From positions 241,649-305,648 of the forward strand of contig JBAZXO010000001.1 of the NCBI GenBank assembly GCA_041659785.1: a DNA stretch of 64,000 nt, written 5' to 3'. The notes beneath the pieces are model-generated. The model was not told the DNA's origin. It did no database searches and saw only the letters and a program-made list of their open reading frames with translations. Source of the DNA: Minisyncoccota bacterium. Lineage in GTDB: Bacteria; Patescibacteriota; Minisyncoccia; Phycocordibacterales; UBA9973. The position numbers and the translations under genes are program-made. This document shows positions 27,142-37,740 of this stretch, piece by piece; within the stretch, counting starts at the first letter, position 1, and each line of letters starts with the position of its first letter.

Positions 27142-27831
27142 ATGCAAAATAATGACCAAAAACAAATAGCTGGGGCAATCCTCATAGTAGGAGTCCTAAT
27201 TGCCGGAGCAATTTTATTAAAAGACAGCAAATCCCCTACCGTAAATGCACCAGTAGGCCCCGCAGTACCAACGACGACCTTAGCACCAGTCGGAACGATA
27301 GATGGAAATAGAATAATCGGAAATCCACAAGCAAAGGTTACTTTAGTTTTGTATGAGGACTTTCAATGTCCTTTCTGTGGAAAGTTCTTTAAAGAATCAG
27401 AACAAAATATTAGAGAAATTTATGTAAAAAATGGAAATGTGAGATTGGTTTATCGTGACTTCGCTTTCCTGGGCCCAGAATCAATAAAAGCATCTGAAGC
27501 TGCAAGGTGTGCCGATGACCAAGGAAAATTCTGGAACTATTATGATTATCTCTTTACTCATCAAAATGGCGAAAATCAAGGAGCTTTTTCTGACCCAAAC
27601 TTAAAATCTTTTGCTAAAGTACTTGGCTTAGATACAAATAGCTTTAATAAATGTTTAGACGACGGTAAATATACACAAGCAATTGCAAATTCTAAAACTG
27701 AAGCCGGCACTGCTGGAGTAACAGGTACACCAAAAGGTTTTATTCTAAAAAATGGAAAAGTAGTAGACACGATTGATGGAGCTATTCCATTTGAAATAGT
27801 AAAACAAAAACTTGATGCTGCGTTAAAATAA
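27142..27831 (+). CDS. DsbA/BdbD-like thiol-disulfide oxidoreductase
   Basis: EDFQCPFC, AARCA.DQGKFW, GVTGTP; N-terminal anchor. Confidence 0.93.
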   Translation: MQNNDQKQIAGAILIVGVLIAGAILLKDSKSPTVNAPVGPAVPTTTLAPVGTIDGNRIIGNPQAKVTLVLYEDFQCPFCGKFFKESEQNIREIYVKNGNVRLVYRDFAFLGPESIKASEAARCADDQGKFWNYYDYLFTHQNGENQGAFSDPNLKSFAKVLGLDTNSFNKCLDDGKYTQAIANSKTEAGTAGVTGTPKGFILKNGKVVDTIDGAIPFEIVKQKLDAALK

Positions 27832-27841
27832 TCTAAACATT

Positions 27842-27869
27842 AAAAAATCCCGCTCATTGCGGGATTTTT
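27842..27869. terminator. Bidirectional terminator between the DsbA-like gene and rpoD
   Basis: AAAAAATCCCGC tcatt GCGGGATTTTT. Confidence 0.8.
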
Positions 27870-27872
27870 AGT

Positions 27873-29084
27873 TTAGTCAAAGTAGTTCTTCAGTCTTGCT
27901 ATCTTTTCATGCTGGCGAAGTTTTTCATGAACCTTTGCTTCAATCTGACGAATACGTTCACGAGTTACACCAAACTCTTCCCCTACTCTCTCAAGAGTGT
28001 GTTGAATACCATCAAGCAAACCATAACGCATTTCTAATATTCTACGTTCTTTAGAATTAAGCTCGTCTAGAACTTCGCGGATCTGATCAGAAAGAATTCT
28101 ACGAGAAGATTCTTGATCTGGACGCAAAATCTTATCATCAGGAATAAAGTTTTCTAAGGTGGACTTATCGTCATCATCACCTACTGGCTGTTCTAGTGAC
28201 ACAGTTTCCTGACTAATGTTCTCAATGACGTGTATTTTCTCAACTGGAATACCCATTTCGGTTGCAATTTCTTCCGCTAGGGGCTCTCGGCCTAAATCCT
28301 GACTGAGTCTGCGGTGAGTTTGTTTATACTTAGAAATTGTCTCCACCATATGCACTGGAATACGAATGGTTCTAGACTGATCAGCGAGCGCACGAGTGAT
28401 GGATTGACGAATCCACCAGGTAGCATAAGTAGAAAATTTATAGCCCTTAGTCCAATCAAATTTTTCTACCGCTTTAAATAGTCCTAAATTTCCTTCTTGA
28501 ATCAAATCAAGCAATGTTAAGTTGGCACTTCTACCCACGTATTTTTTTGCGATAGAAACGACTAGACGAAGGTTCGCGCGGGCAAGTAAATTCTTCGCTT
28601 CTAGATCTCCATGCTCTATACGTTTCGCTAGATCTTTCTCGTCACTCGCATGGATAAGCGGATATTGCCCTATTTCTTTTAAATACATTTGAATAGAGTC
28701 ATGCATAGACCCTTTATTCAAATCTTTATCATTCAAATCAATATCTAAGTTGAGTAAATTTCCACCCTCGAGTACATCGATACCAGCTACTGCGAATTTT
28801 TCATAAAGCTCGTCCAAAAAGAGAATGTTGTTTTCTATGTCAGGAAAAGTCTTCAATATCTCATCATAAGTAATGAAACCACGTTTTCTGCCTTTTTCAA
28901 TGATAGTATTCGCAAGGATATCAAGTTTTTCTGTCTTTTTCTGTGCAAAAGATAACTTCTTGACCTTTACTTTTTTTATTTTCTTTACTGCCTTTTTAAC
29001 CTTTTTAACCTTTATTTTTTTTGTTTTCTTAACTTTTTTTACTACTTTCTTAATTACCTTTTTGTTTTTTGTTTTTTTCTTCAT
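27873..29084 (-). CDS. rpoD: RNA polymerase primary sigma factor
   Basis: [47 protein letters not shown]; Lys-rich N-terminus. Confidence 0.97.
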   Translation of the reverse strand: MKKKTKNKKVIKKVVKKVKKTKKIKVKKVKKAVKKIKKVKVKKLSFAQKKTEKLDILANTIIEKGRKRGFITYDEILKTFPDIENNILFLDELYEKFAVAGIDVLEGGNLLNLDIDLNDKDLNKGSMHDSIQMYLKEIGQYPLIHASDEKDLAKRIEHGDLEAKNLLARANLRLVVSIAKKYVGRSANLTLLDLIQEGNLGLFKAVEKFDWTKGYKFSTYATWWIRQSITRALADQSRTIRIPVHMVETISKYKQTHRRLSQDLGREPLAEEIATEMGIPVEKIHVIENISQETVSLEQPVGDDDDKSTLENFIPDDKILRPDQESSRRILSDQIREVLDELNSKERRILEMRYGLLDGIQHTLERVGEEFGVTRERIRQIEAKVHEKLRQHEKIARLKNYFD

Positions 29085-29090
29085 ATAATT

Positions 29091-30818
29091 CTATTTTTTA
29101 AAACGACCATTTTTAATATCTTCTTTCCTTTTATTTATCTCATTTATCTTTTTAAAAATTTCTATTTCTTCTTCTTTACCCTTTAAATTGTGTAATTCCA
29201 TCATTTGTTTTGCCAATTCTTCATTTAAATATTCTTCTTCTATGGAAAGTAACATTTCATTCACATCTTTTTCTAAGTTTTCATCGTTTGAATAAAATTC
29301 TTCTACTTCATAGATTAAGTCTTCTTTAATATTTTCATATTTTTCTCTGACTTTTTCTTTTGCTTGTTCTAATTTTTTAAAAATCAATTCTGGGTCTATT
29401 TTTCTATCAGCTAAACCCTCTTGCCAGAAAGCTATTCCCAAGAGCCTGCGCTCAATAGGATCTTTCCTTATTTTCTTCTCTATGTTTAGAATTGCAGTTT
29501 TTGTCTCTTCTTTTTCGTGTTTTAATTCAAATTCCACTTTCTTTAAATCTTCCATTAAGGCACCTTCGGCTATCCCCGACTTATTACTAATTAAAGTAAT
29601 AAAATGTGATTTTTCTATGGAGCTTTCTATATCATTTACGAAGGGAAGAAGGCGTTCTTTTATCTCTCTGCCTGCTTTTCTTGTGTCGTTATGGGTATCT
29701 TTTAAAATCCTCATCAACATAAACTCAATAAAATGTTTCGAATTTCTTATCGCTTCACGCCAAGCATCCACTCCGACTTTTGAAATCAAATCTGCTGGAT
29801 CCATGCCTTCTGGAATATCTGCAACCTTCACATCCATGCCTAGGGATAATGCAATCTTCGCGAAACGATTCGTTGCATTTACTCCCGCGCGGTCTGCATC
29901 ATAAGCAAGAACAATATTTTTAGACAATCTGGTAATAAGTCCAAGGTTATTTATAATATTTTCTTTTGAAACTACAGAATCAGTCATTGCTGTACCAGAT
30001 GAAGCTATTGTATTTTTGAATCCTGCTTGATGAGCTAAAATCAAATCCATCTGACCCTCAACAAGAATAGAAAAACCATTTTTTCTAATTGTGTCTTTCG
30101 CTTTATCTATACCAAAAAGTACAGATGATTTATTGAATATCGGAGTCTCTGGACTATTCAAATATTTAGCAGACTTTCCATCATCCACAAAAATTCTCCC
30201 AGAGAAAGCAACGATGCGTCCACTCGAATCTGAGATAGGAAACATTATGCGCCCACGAAATCTATCATAGAAACCCTTATCAGTCTTTTTTACTAATCCG
30301 ACTTTTTCTAATTCACTATCACTAAAACCTTTTTTTGTAAGATGAGAATACAAATCCCGCCAATCGTTTTTAATAAAACCAACACGGAAATTCTTTATAC
30401 TTTCATCATTTAATCCCCTATTCTTAAGATAAGACAAAACTTCCATATTTTCTCCTAAATTTTTTTCAAAGAAAAGAGAAGCCTCATCCATAATACGATA
30501 CAATTTTTCTTTTTCACTCTCTTCTTTAGGATTGTAAGATTCTAAAACAATTCCTGCTCTACTAGCGAGCAACTTAAGGGCTCCCCTGAAATCAAGACCC
30601 TCGAATTCTTCTACGAAAGAAAAAATGTCTCCCTTAGCCCCGCAGCCGAAACAATAGTAAGTGCCTCTATCAGGAGAAATAAAGAATGAAGGAGTTTTCT
30701 CATTATGAAAGGGGCATCTTGCTTTTAGATTTGTGCCTACGTGGTCTAACTTTATATAAGAAGAGACTACTTCTTCAATTGATAGCCTCTCCTTAATTTT
30801 TTGAACTGGAGAGTTCAT
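29091..30818 (-). CDS. dnaG: DNA primase
   Basis: CPFHNEKTPSF..CFGC, RFRGRIMFPI, KYLNSPET, EGQMD, YDADRAG. Confidence 0.97.
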   Translation of the reverse strand: MNSPVQKIKERLSIEEVVSSYIKLDHVGTNLKARCPFHNEKTPSFFISPDRGTYYCFGCGAKGDIFSFVEEFEGLDFRGALKLLASRAGIVLESYNPKEESEKEKLYRIMDEASLFFEKNLGENMEVLSYLKNRGLNDESIKNFRVGFIKNDWRDLYSHLTKKGFSDSELEKVGLVKKTDKGFYDRFRGRIMFPISDSSGRIVAFSGRIFVDDGKSAKYLNSPETPIFNKSSVLFGIDKAKDTIRKNGFSILVEGQMDLILAHQAGFKNTIASSGTAMTDSVVSKENIINNLGLITRLSKNIVLAYDADRAGVNATNRFAKIALSLGMDVKVADIPEGMDPADLISKVGVDAWREAIRNSKHFIEFMLMRILKDTHNDTRKAGREIKERLLPFVNDIESSIEKSHFITLISNKSGIAEGALMEDLKKVEFELKHEKEETKTAILNIEKKIRKDPIERRLLGIAFWQEGLADRKIDPELIFKKLEQAKEKVREKYENIKEDLIYEVEEFYSNDENLEKDVNEMLLSIEEEYLNEELAKQMMELHNLKGKEEEIEIFKKINEINKRKEDIKNGRFKK

Positions 30819-30824
30819 ATTTTT

Positions 30825-33800
30825 TTATTCTTCCGTTGATGTTTTAACAAACTTATTCTTAAAACCAGTTCCAGCTGGAATTAATCGTCCAATGATGACA
30901 TTTTCCTTTAACCCTCGGAGTGAGTCTACTCCGCCTTTAATTGCATTCTCAATAAGAACACGGTTTGTATTTTGGAATGATGCAGCTGATAGCCAGCTCT
31001 TTGTACGTAGAGAAACTTCAGTAATACCGAGCACCACTATCTCTGCTTTTGCTTCTTTACCTTCTATTTCTTTTACCCTCATATTTTCTTCTATGAATGC
31101 TGTGTTTTCAACGATATCGCCTGTAGAGAAGTTTGTCTCACCGGCATCTTTGATTTTTCGGCGAGAAAACATTTGACGAATTATTATTTCTGTGTGTTTT
31201 CTAGAAATCGAAGCACTTTGAAGTTCGTAGACCTTGTTTATTTCTTCAATAATATATTCTTCAACTAATTCTTTATTTCCCAATCTAAACATTTCGGCAA
31301 TATCAGCAGATCCATCTGTTAAGAGCTGTCCTTTCTTGACAGAATCTCCAACCTTAACGATAGGTGTTCTTCTGAACGCGACAGTATACTCCATTTCGTT
31401 TGCTTTGCCGTCAGCTTTACTGTCAGACAACACTTTAATTATTTTTTCCTTCTGATTCTCTTTGTCTTTAGCTGTGATAGATATGACTTCACCATCAGTT
31501 TCAGAAATAATTGCAGGATTTTTAGGAATTCTTCTTTCGAAAATTTCTTCAACACGTGGAAGACCAGTAGTGATGTCTGTTCCCGCGACACCTCCAGCGT
31601 GGAACGTACGAAGTGTAAGCTGAGTACCTGGTTCACCGATAGCTTGAGCTGCAATGATTCCGACAGCTTCACCTTCTTCTACTAAATGATTTCTTCCTAG
31701 ATCAAGACCGTAACACATGACGCAAAGACCGTGTACTGTCTTACAAGTAAGAGGTGAACGAACAAATACTTCAGAAAAACCTGCACCCTCAATGTTGTGA
31801 GCCTCTTCTTTAGTAATTAAGAATCCTCTCTTGTAAACTACATTTCCGTCTTTATCTTTCAAGTCACCTGCAAGGACACGTCCACGAATGTTTTTAGAAA
31901 GTGGAATTTCAATACCAGAAATATTTTCTCTCGTGACTATTTTACCTTCCTTTGTACCGCAATCCTCTTCAGTAATAACCACATCCTGAGCCACGTCAAC
32001 GAGTCTTCGGGTCAAATATCCAGCTTTTGCAGTGTTGAGCGCTGTGTCGGATGCACCTTTACGAGCACCGTGCGTAATAACGAAATATTCAATTGGAGAA
32101 AGTCCCTCTTGATAACAAGGAATAATTGGGAATTCTAGAATTTTACCCTGGTTGTTTTGAATAAGACCGATCATACCAGTCATTTGCATAAGAGATGACA
32201 TGGTACCTCTAGCTTTAGAAGTAAATAAATCATAAGTAGAACCTTTTTTATCAAGCGTCTGAGGCAATACTTTTTCTAGATTTTTCTTTACCTGTGTCCA
32301 GATTTCAATAATTTTTTGATATCTTTCATCCAAAGAAAGAAGACCTTCGCTCCATTGTGTAATGATATCTTCTTCTAATTTTTTTCCTTCTTCAATAATT
32401 TTTTTCTTTTCTTCTGGAACTTTAACATTATCGAGTCCCCAAGTAGTACCAGAAACTGTAGAATACTTAAATCCGAATGCTTTAATCTTATCTAGGATGG
32501 CAGGAGTATTGTCTACACCAGAATGAACGATAAGCTCGTCTAAGAGTGCTGAGAGTCTGTCTTGGGTCATTTCATCATTTACATAAGAGAAATCGTTTGG
32601 CAAAATACTGTTGAAAAGAAGTTTTCCAACAGAAGTCTCGAATAATTCCCCGCCAAATTTTTTATATTTATGTGTGTCTGTTGCTAGGACTTTTATTTTT
32701 GCGCGTAGACTCACTATTCCATAATCATGAGCAGTAATTGCAGTATTGGGACTTGAGAAATATTTACCTTCACCAACTTCCCCATCAACTAATTTAGTCA
32801 TCCAGTAACTTCCAAGCACCATATCCATACGAGGGTGCACTATTGGATCTCCGTTTTGTGGTTTAAGTAAGTTTTTATTTGACGCCATTAATTCTTTCGC
32901 TTCCCATTGAGCTTCTTCGAGAAGAGGAACGTATACAGCCATTTGGTCTCCATCGAAGTCAGCGTTGAAGGCCTGACAGACGAGAGGATGAACTTGAATA
33001 GCATTTCCTTCGATCAAAATAGGATTAAAAGCTTGAATACCTAAACGGTGCAAAGTAGGTGCACGGTTTAGAAGAACATATTTACCTTGAATAACTTCTT
33101 CTAATATCGCCCAAACCTCAGGAGAACGTTCTTCTATCAGTTTGTTGGCTCCACGAATGTTGAATGCAAGCTCAGCTAATAAAATCTTTGAAATTACGAA
33201 TGGACGGAAAAGTTCAAGAGCCATATGTTTTGGCAATCCACATTGGTTTAGTTTAAGCTCCGGACCAACGACAATAACGCTACGGCCTGAATAGTCTACT
33301 CGTTTTCCGAGTAAATTCTGACGGAAGAGACCTTGCTTAGATTTTAGGTTATCAGAAAGTGATTTAAGGGGGCGCTTCTGGGACTGACTCATTGCCGCAG
33401 AATCATTTTGTTTAGCTATTGAGTTATCGATAAGAGCATCGACTGCTTCCTGAATAATTCTTTTCTCGTTTCTTAGGATAACATCCGGCGCATTGATTTC
33501 TTTCAATTTCTTCAAACGATTATTCCTGTTTATCACACGACGATAAAGGTCGTTCAGGTCAGAGGTTGCATGACGCCCACCATCGAGCGCTACCATCGGA
33601 CGCAAAACTGGTGGAATAACTGGTATAACAGTCAAGAACATCCATTCTGGACGAATGCCTGCATAAGTCATGGCACGAATTAAGGAAAGTCTTTTTTGTA
33701 ACTTTTCTTTTTCAGCGACACTTGCTTTTTCCAGCATCTTTTCTGTAAGATGTTTAAGTTTATTTAAATCAAGATTCTTAAAAATAGAGTAGATGGCCTC

Positions 33801-34445
33801 AGCTCCGATGTTTGCTTCAAAGCAAGTACCATATTTAAGAGAATAGTGATGAAAAGAAATTTCATTTAGAACTTTCCCTTCATAGATTTCTCCAATTTCT
33901 TTTTTGGTGATAGAAAGTAAATTTTTTAATTTCTCACGAGTGTCGTCATCGGCTGAATTCTTTAATTTAGTTTTAAATTCTTTATCCAAACCAGACAAGA
34001 TTGACTCTCTTTCTTCTTCGTGAACCTTGGTGATTATATATCCTGCAAAGTAGATTACTTTTTCGAGATCAGAGACGGATATATTTAAGAGAATGCTCAT
34101 TCTAGAAGGTACTCCACGCAAAAACCAAATATGAGAAACAGGAGTAGAGAGCTCAATGTGCCCCATACGTTCACGTCTTACTATAGAGCGAGTAACTTCA
34201 ACTCCACATTTTTCACAAATAATATCCTTATAACGAATTCTACGATATTTTCCGCAATAACATTCGTAATCTTTTTCTGGTCCGAAAATTTTCTCATCGA
34301 AAAGTCCTCCTCGTTCAGATCTACCTGTACGATAGTTTATCGTTTCTGGTTTTGTGACTTCTCCGAAAGACCATTCTTTTATTTGGTCCGGAGATGCAAG
34401 CCTAAGCGCTATTTGATCAAATTCAGTTGTATTTAATGTTTTCAT
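30825..34445 (-). CDS. rpoC: RNA polymerase beta' subunit
   Basis: NADFDGDQMA, GKRVDYSGRSVI, QLTLRTFH. Confidence 0.99.
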   Translation of the reverse strand: MKTLNTTEFDQIALRLASPDQIKEWSFGEVTKPETINYRTGRSERGGLFDEKIFGPEKDYECYCGKYRRIRYKDIICEKCGVEVTRSIVRRERMGHIELSTPVSHIWFLRGVPSRMSILLNISVSDLEKVIYFAGYIITKVHEEERESILSGLDKEFKTKLKNSADDDTREKLKNLLSITKKEIGEIYEGKVLNEISFHHYSLKYGTCFEANIGAEAIYSIFKNLDLNKLKHLTEKMLEKASVAEKEKLQKRLSLIRAMTYAGIRPEWMFLTVIPVIPPVLRPMVALDGGRHATSDLNDLYRRVINRNNRLKKLKEINAPDVILRNEKRIIQEAVDALIDNSIAKQNDSAAMSQSQKRPLKSLSDNLKSKQGLFRQNLLGKRVDYSGRSVIVVGPELKLNQCGLPKHMALELFRPFVISKILLAELAFNIRGANKLIEERSPEVWAILEEVIQGKYVLLNRAPTLHRLGIQAFNPILIEGNAIQVHPLVCQAFNADFDGDQMAVYVPLLEEAQWEAKELMASNKNLLKPQNGDPIVHPRMDMVLGSYWMTKLVDGEVGEGKYFSSPNTAITAHDYGIVSLRAKIKVLATDTHKYKKFGGELFETSVGKLLFNSILPNDFSYVNDEMTQDRLSALLDELIVHSGVDNTPAILDKIKAFGFKYSTVSGTTWGLDNVKVPEEKKKIIEEGKKLEEDIITQWSEGLLSLDERYQKIIEIWTQVKKNLEKVLPQTLDKKGSTYDLFTSKARGTMSSLMQMTGMIGLIQNNQGKILEFPIIPCYQEGLSPIEYFVITHGARKGASDTALNTAKAGYLTRRLVDVAQDVVITEEDCGTKEGKIVTRENISGIEIPLSKNIRGRVLAGDLKDKDGNVVYKRGFLITKEEAHNIEGAGFSEVFVRSPLTCKTVHGLCVMCYGLDLGRNHLVEEGEAVGIIAAQAIGEPGTQLTLRTFHAGGVAGTDITTGLPRVEEIFERRIPKNPAIISETDGEVISITAKDKENQKEKIIKVLSDSKADGKANEMEYTVAFRRTPIVKVGDSVKKGQLLTDGSADIAEMFRLGNKELVEEYIIEEINKVYELQSASISRKHTEIIIRQMFSRRKIKDAGETNFSTGDIVENTAFIEENMRVKEIEGKEAKAEIVVLGITEVSLRTKSWLSAASFQNTNRVLIENAIKGGVDSLRGLKENVIIGRLIPAGTGFKNKFVKTSTEE

Positions 34446-34468
34446 ATTTTTGATTTATATTTAGCTTA

Positions 34469-37400
34469 TTAAGCATTATCTTCGGACTTCCGTAGGTCGA
34501 CATCCATGGCAAGGCCTCGTAAATAATTTAGTAAAACATTAAACGATGCTGGAGAATTTGGTGGTCTAATTGTTTCATTTTTGATAATAGAATCGAATGA
34601 CGCTGATCTACCGAGTATATCGTCAGATTTAATTGTAAGCATTTCACGAAGTGTGTAAGCAGCTCCATAACCTTCGAGTGCCCAGACTTCCATTTCTCCG
34701 AATCTCTGTCCTCCACCTTGAGCTTTTCCGCCCAAAGGTTGCTGAGTGATAAGAGAGTAAGGACCCACTGAACGCATATGAATCTTGTCTTCCACCATGT
34801 GGTGAAGTTTGAGCATATACATATAACCAACAGCTACATCTTGCTGAAAGGCTTCTCCTGTTCTTCCGTCGAAAAGTTTTAATTTACCATTTTCTGGTAA
34901 TCCCGCTTTTACCAACTCCTCTTTTATTTCATCATGTTTTGCTCCAAGGAATGGTGGAACGATTGCTTGATAACCGAGACTATTTGCAGCCATACCTAAG
35001 TGTATTTCTAAAATTTGTCCCAAGTTCATACGAGAAGGAACACCGAGTGGTGAGAGAATAACATCTACAGGTGTACCGTCAGCTGTATATGGCATATCTT
35101 CTTCTGGAAGAATCATCGAGATGACTCCTTTGTTTCCATGTCTTCCTGAAAGCTTGTCTCCAACAGAAATATTTCTGATTTGAGCAACTTCAATAACAAT
35201 CTTTTTAATAATTCCCGCTTCTAGTGTGTGCCCTAAATCACGAGAAAATATTTTTACACCAATAATACGTCCACGTTTACCGTGTTCCATACGAAGTGAT
35301 GTATCTTTCACGTCGCGTGCTTTCTCAGCGAAGATTGAGCGCAAGAGTCTCTCTTCTGGCGTAAGTTCAGTTTCCCCTTTTGGAGTAATTTTACCAACTA
35401 AAATATCATTCTCTCTTACTTCAGCACCGATGCGGACAATTCCATCCTCATCCAAATCTTTTAGTTTGAGTTCTCCGACGTTTGGAATATCGCGAGTTGT
35501 GATTTCGGGCCCAAGCTTGGTGTCACGAACAGCGCAAGTGAATTCTTCAACATAGACTGATGTAAATTTGCTCTTTTTTACAAGACGTTCAGAAATAACA
35601 ATAGCATCTTCGTAAGTTGATCCAGACCAAGATAAAAATGCTACGAAAATATTCTGACCGATTGAAATCTGTCCATTTACGGTACTACTCGTATCTGCAA
35701 GTACATCACCCTTTTTGATTTTATCACCGACATTTACGAGTGGACGTTGATGAAAAACAGCGAAGTTGTTATTCCTCAAGAAATTAACTAAGTTATAGGT
35801 TTTCTCATGCTTCTCATCGTGTTTTCCTTTTATCACTATTTTTTTAGCATCTAAATAAGAGACGACACCATCTTCTTCTGCTATGACCAATCTACCTGAG
35901 TCACGTGCAGCTAATTCTTCGACTCCTGTTGCTACGAGTGGCATCTCTGGCAACACGCAAGGTACAGCTTGCTTTTGCATGTTACTTCCCATGAGCGCGC
36001 GGTTTGCATTGTTATGTTCTAGAAATGGAACCATCGAAGTTGCAATGGAGAAAGCTTGGTTGGGAGCGACGTCGATAAAATCAACTTCATCTCTGGAGAC
36101 GATACCTGGTTCTGTTTTGATTCTGGCTTCTACTTTATCTTTTGTTATTTTGCCATCTTCGTCATAAGGAATACCGGCATGCGCAATGTTGTATTTTTCT
36201 TCTTCAAGAGCATTTAAATAAACAATTTCGCCGGTAATTTTTCCATGTTTGACTTTTACATAAGGAGTTTCAATGATTCCAAAATCGTTTATTTTTGCAT
36301 AAGTTGAAAGGTGCAAGATAAGTCCAATGTTTGGACCTTCTGGGGTATGAATAGGACACACTCTTCCGTAGTGAGAAGGGTGCACGTCACGAACTTCAAG
36401 ACCAGCACGTTCACGAGTCAAACCTCCGGGCCCAAGTGCGGACAAGAGACGAATATGCTCTATTTCAGCGAGCACATTTTCTTGCGCCATAAATTGTGAA
36501 AGCTGGTTGGTGGTGAAAAACTCTTTAATACGAGCTTGAAGTGGTCGTTGGTTAATAATAGCAATAGGCATTGCAGTATCAACATCAATAATAGACATTC
36601 TGTCTTGAATGTTTCTCTTAATCTGCATCATTCCTGTGCGAACTTTTTGTTGAAGAATTTCTCCAACAAAACGAACACGCCTCTGACCCAGGTGATCTAT
36701 GTCGTCTGCTTTTGCAAGTGGTGTATTGTTTAGAGTAATAATATGGGAAATTACAGTAGCTAAATCTTCTTTAGATATTACTCGGCGAGCCATTTCGTCC
36801 TCTTCCATAGACTTATCAAATCGTTGATTAAATCTAAATCGTCCTACTGGAGAAAGGTCATAACGTTCTGCTGTAAACAGAGAGTTAATAAATTCTTTAG
36901 CATTATCTGCAGTCGCCATGTCGCCATCTCGAAGACGTTTATAAATCTCAATATATGAATCGTTTAAGCTTTTTACTCCATCTTTAGCAAAAGTTGCCTT
37001 TATGGTTTCTTCCGCCACAGAGTTACCTGAAAATGCTTTTAAAATAGCTTCATTGGTTTCGTAACCCATCGCACGCAAGAGCGCTGTCGCAGGGAACTTT
37101 CTTTTTTTATCTATTCTTATATAAATTCCTCCATCGGCTTCGGACTCTATCTCAATCCAGACTCCGCGAGCTGGAATAATCTTTGCACCGAAATATCTCG
37201 TTCCTTTAGTTTCAGACTCGGTAAAGAAAACTCCGAAGCTTCGTGCAAGCTGGGGCACGATGACACGCTCTACTCCGTTGATGATGAAAGTACCATGCGC
37301 GGTCATAAGAGGAATCTCAGACATGAAAATCTCCTGTTCTTTAACAGTTCCTAGAATTTTATTAGTCAATTTTACTCGCGCTTTCAGAAGCCCTTGGTAA

Positions 37401-37651
37401 GAGAGTTTGTTTATTTTAGAATTATTTTCATCTACCTTAGATTCACTTAGAGAAAAAGAAGTGAATTCTAATTGAAACTTTTTCCCAGAGTAATCGATGA
37501 TTGGAGAGAATTCCTTGAAGACTTCTCCGATGCCCGTCTCGACGAGCCATTTGAAACTCTTTACTTGAGCTTCGATTAGATTTGGAAATTCCGCAAGAGG
37601 TTTCTTGTATCTTGAGAAATACTTCTTTGGGCGAGTTTTTTGTATTGACAT
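34469..37651 (-). CDS. rpoB: RNA polymerase beta subunit
   Basis: RDVHPSHYGRVCP, GDKLSGRHGNKG, GGQRFGEMEVWALE. Confidence 0.99.
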   Translation of the reverse strand: MSIQKTRPKKYFSRYKKPLAEFPNLIEAQVKSFKWLVETGIGEVFKEFSPIIDYSGKKFQLEFTSFSLSESKVDENNSKINKLSYQGLLKARVKLTNKILGTVKEQEIFMSEIPLMTAHGTFIINGVERVIVPQLARSFGVFFTESETKGTRYFGAKIIPARGVWIEIESEADGGIYIRIDKKRKFPATALLRAMGYETNEAILKAFSGNSVAEETIKATFAKDGVKSLNDSYIEIYKRLRDGDMATADNAKEFINSLFTAERYDLSPVGRFRFNQRFDKSMEEDEMARRVISKEDLATVISHIITLNNTPLAKADDIDHLGQRRVRFVGEILQQKVRTGMMQIKRNIQDRMSIIDVDTAMPIAIINQRPLQARIKEFFTTNQLSQFMAQENVLAEIEHIRLLSALGPGGLTRERAGLEVRDVHPSHYGRVCPIHTPEGPNIGLILHLSTYAKINDFGIIETPYVKVKHGKITGEIVYLNALEEEKYNIAHAGIPYDEDGKITKDKVEARIKTEPGIVSRDEVDFIDVAPNQAFSIATSMVPFLEHNNANRALMGSNMQKQAVPCVLPEMPLVATGVEELAARDSGRLVIAEEDGVVSYLDAKKIVIKGKHDEKHEKTYNLVNFLRNNNFAVFHQRPLVNVGDKIKKGDVLADTSSTVNGQISIGQNIFVAFLSWSGSTYEDAIVISERLVKKSKFTSVYVEEFTCAVRDTKLGPEITTRDIPNVGELKLKDLDEDGIVRIGAEVRENDILVGKITPKGETELTPEERLLRSIFAEKARDVKDTSLRMEHGKRGRIIGVKIFSRDLGHTLEAGIIKKIVIEVAQIRNISVGDKLSGRHGNKGVISMILPEEDMPYTADGTPVDVILSPLGVPSRMNLGQILEIHLGMAANSLGYQAIVPPFLGAKHDEIKEELVKAGLPENGKLKLFDGRTGEAFQQDVAVGYMYMLKLHHMVEDKIHMRSVGPYSLITQQPLGGKAQGGGQRFGEMEVWALEGYGAAYTLREMLTIKSDDILGRSASFDSIIKNETIRPPNSPASFNVLLNYLRGLAMDVDLRKSEDNA

Positions 37652-37740
37652 ATTGAATGCAAAAAATTAATGCTTTTTACAGCTTTATTAATAAAGAGAT
37701 TGCATCCGATACTCAATCAATGAATCTCAAATAGCCTACT

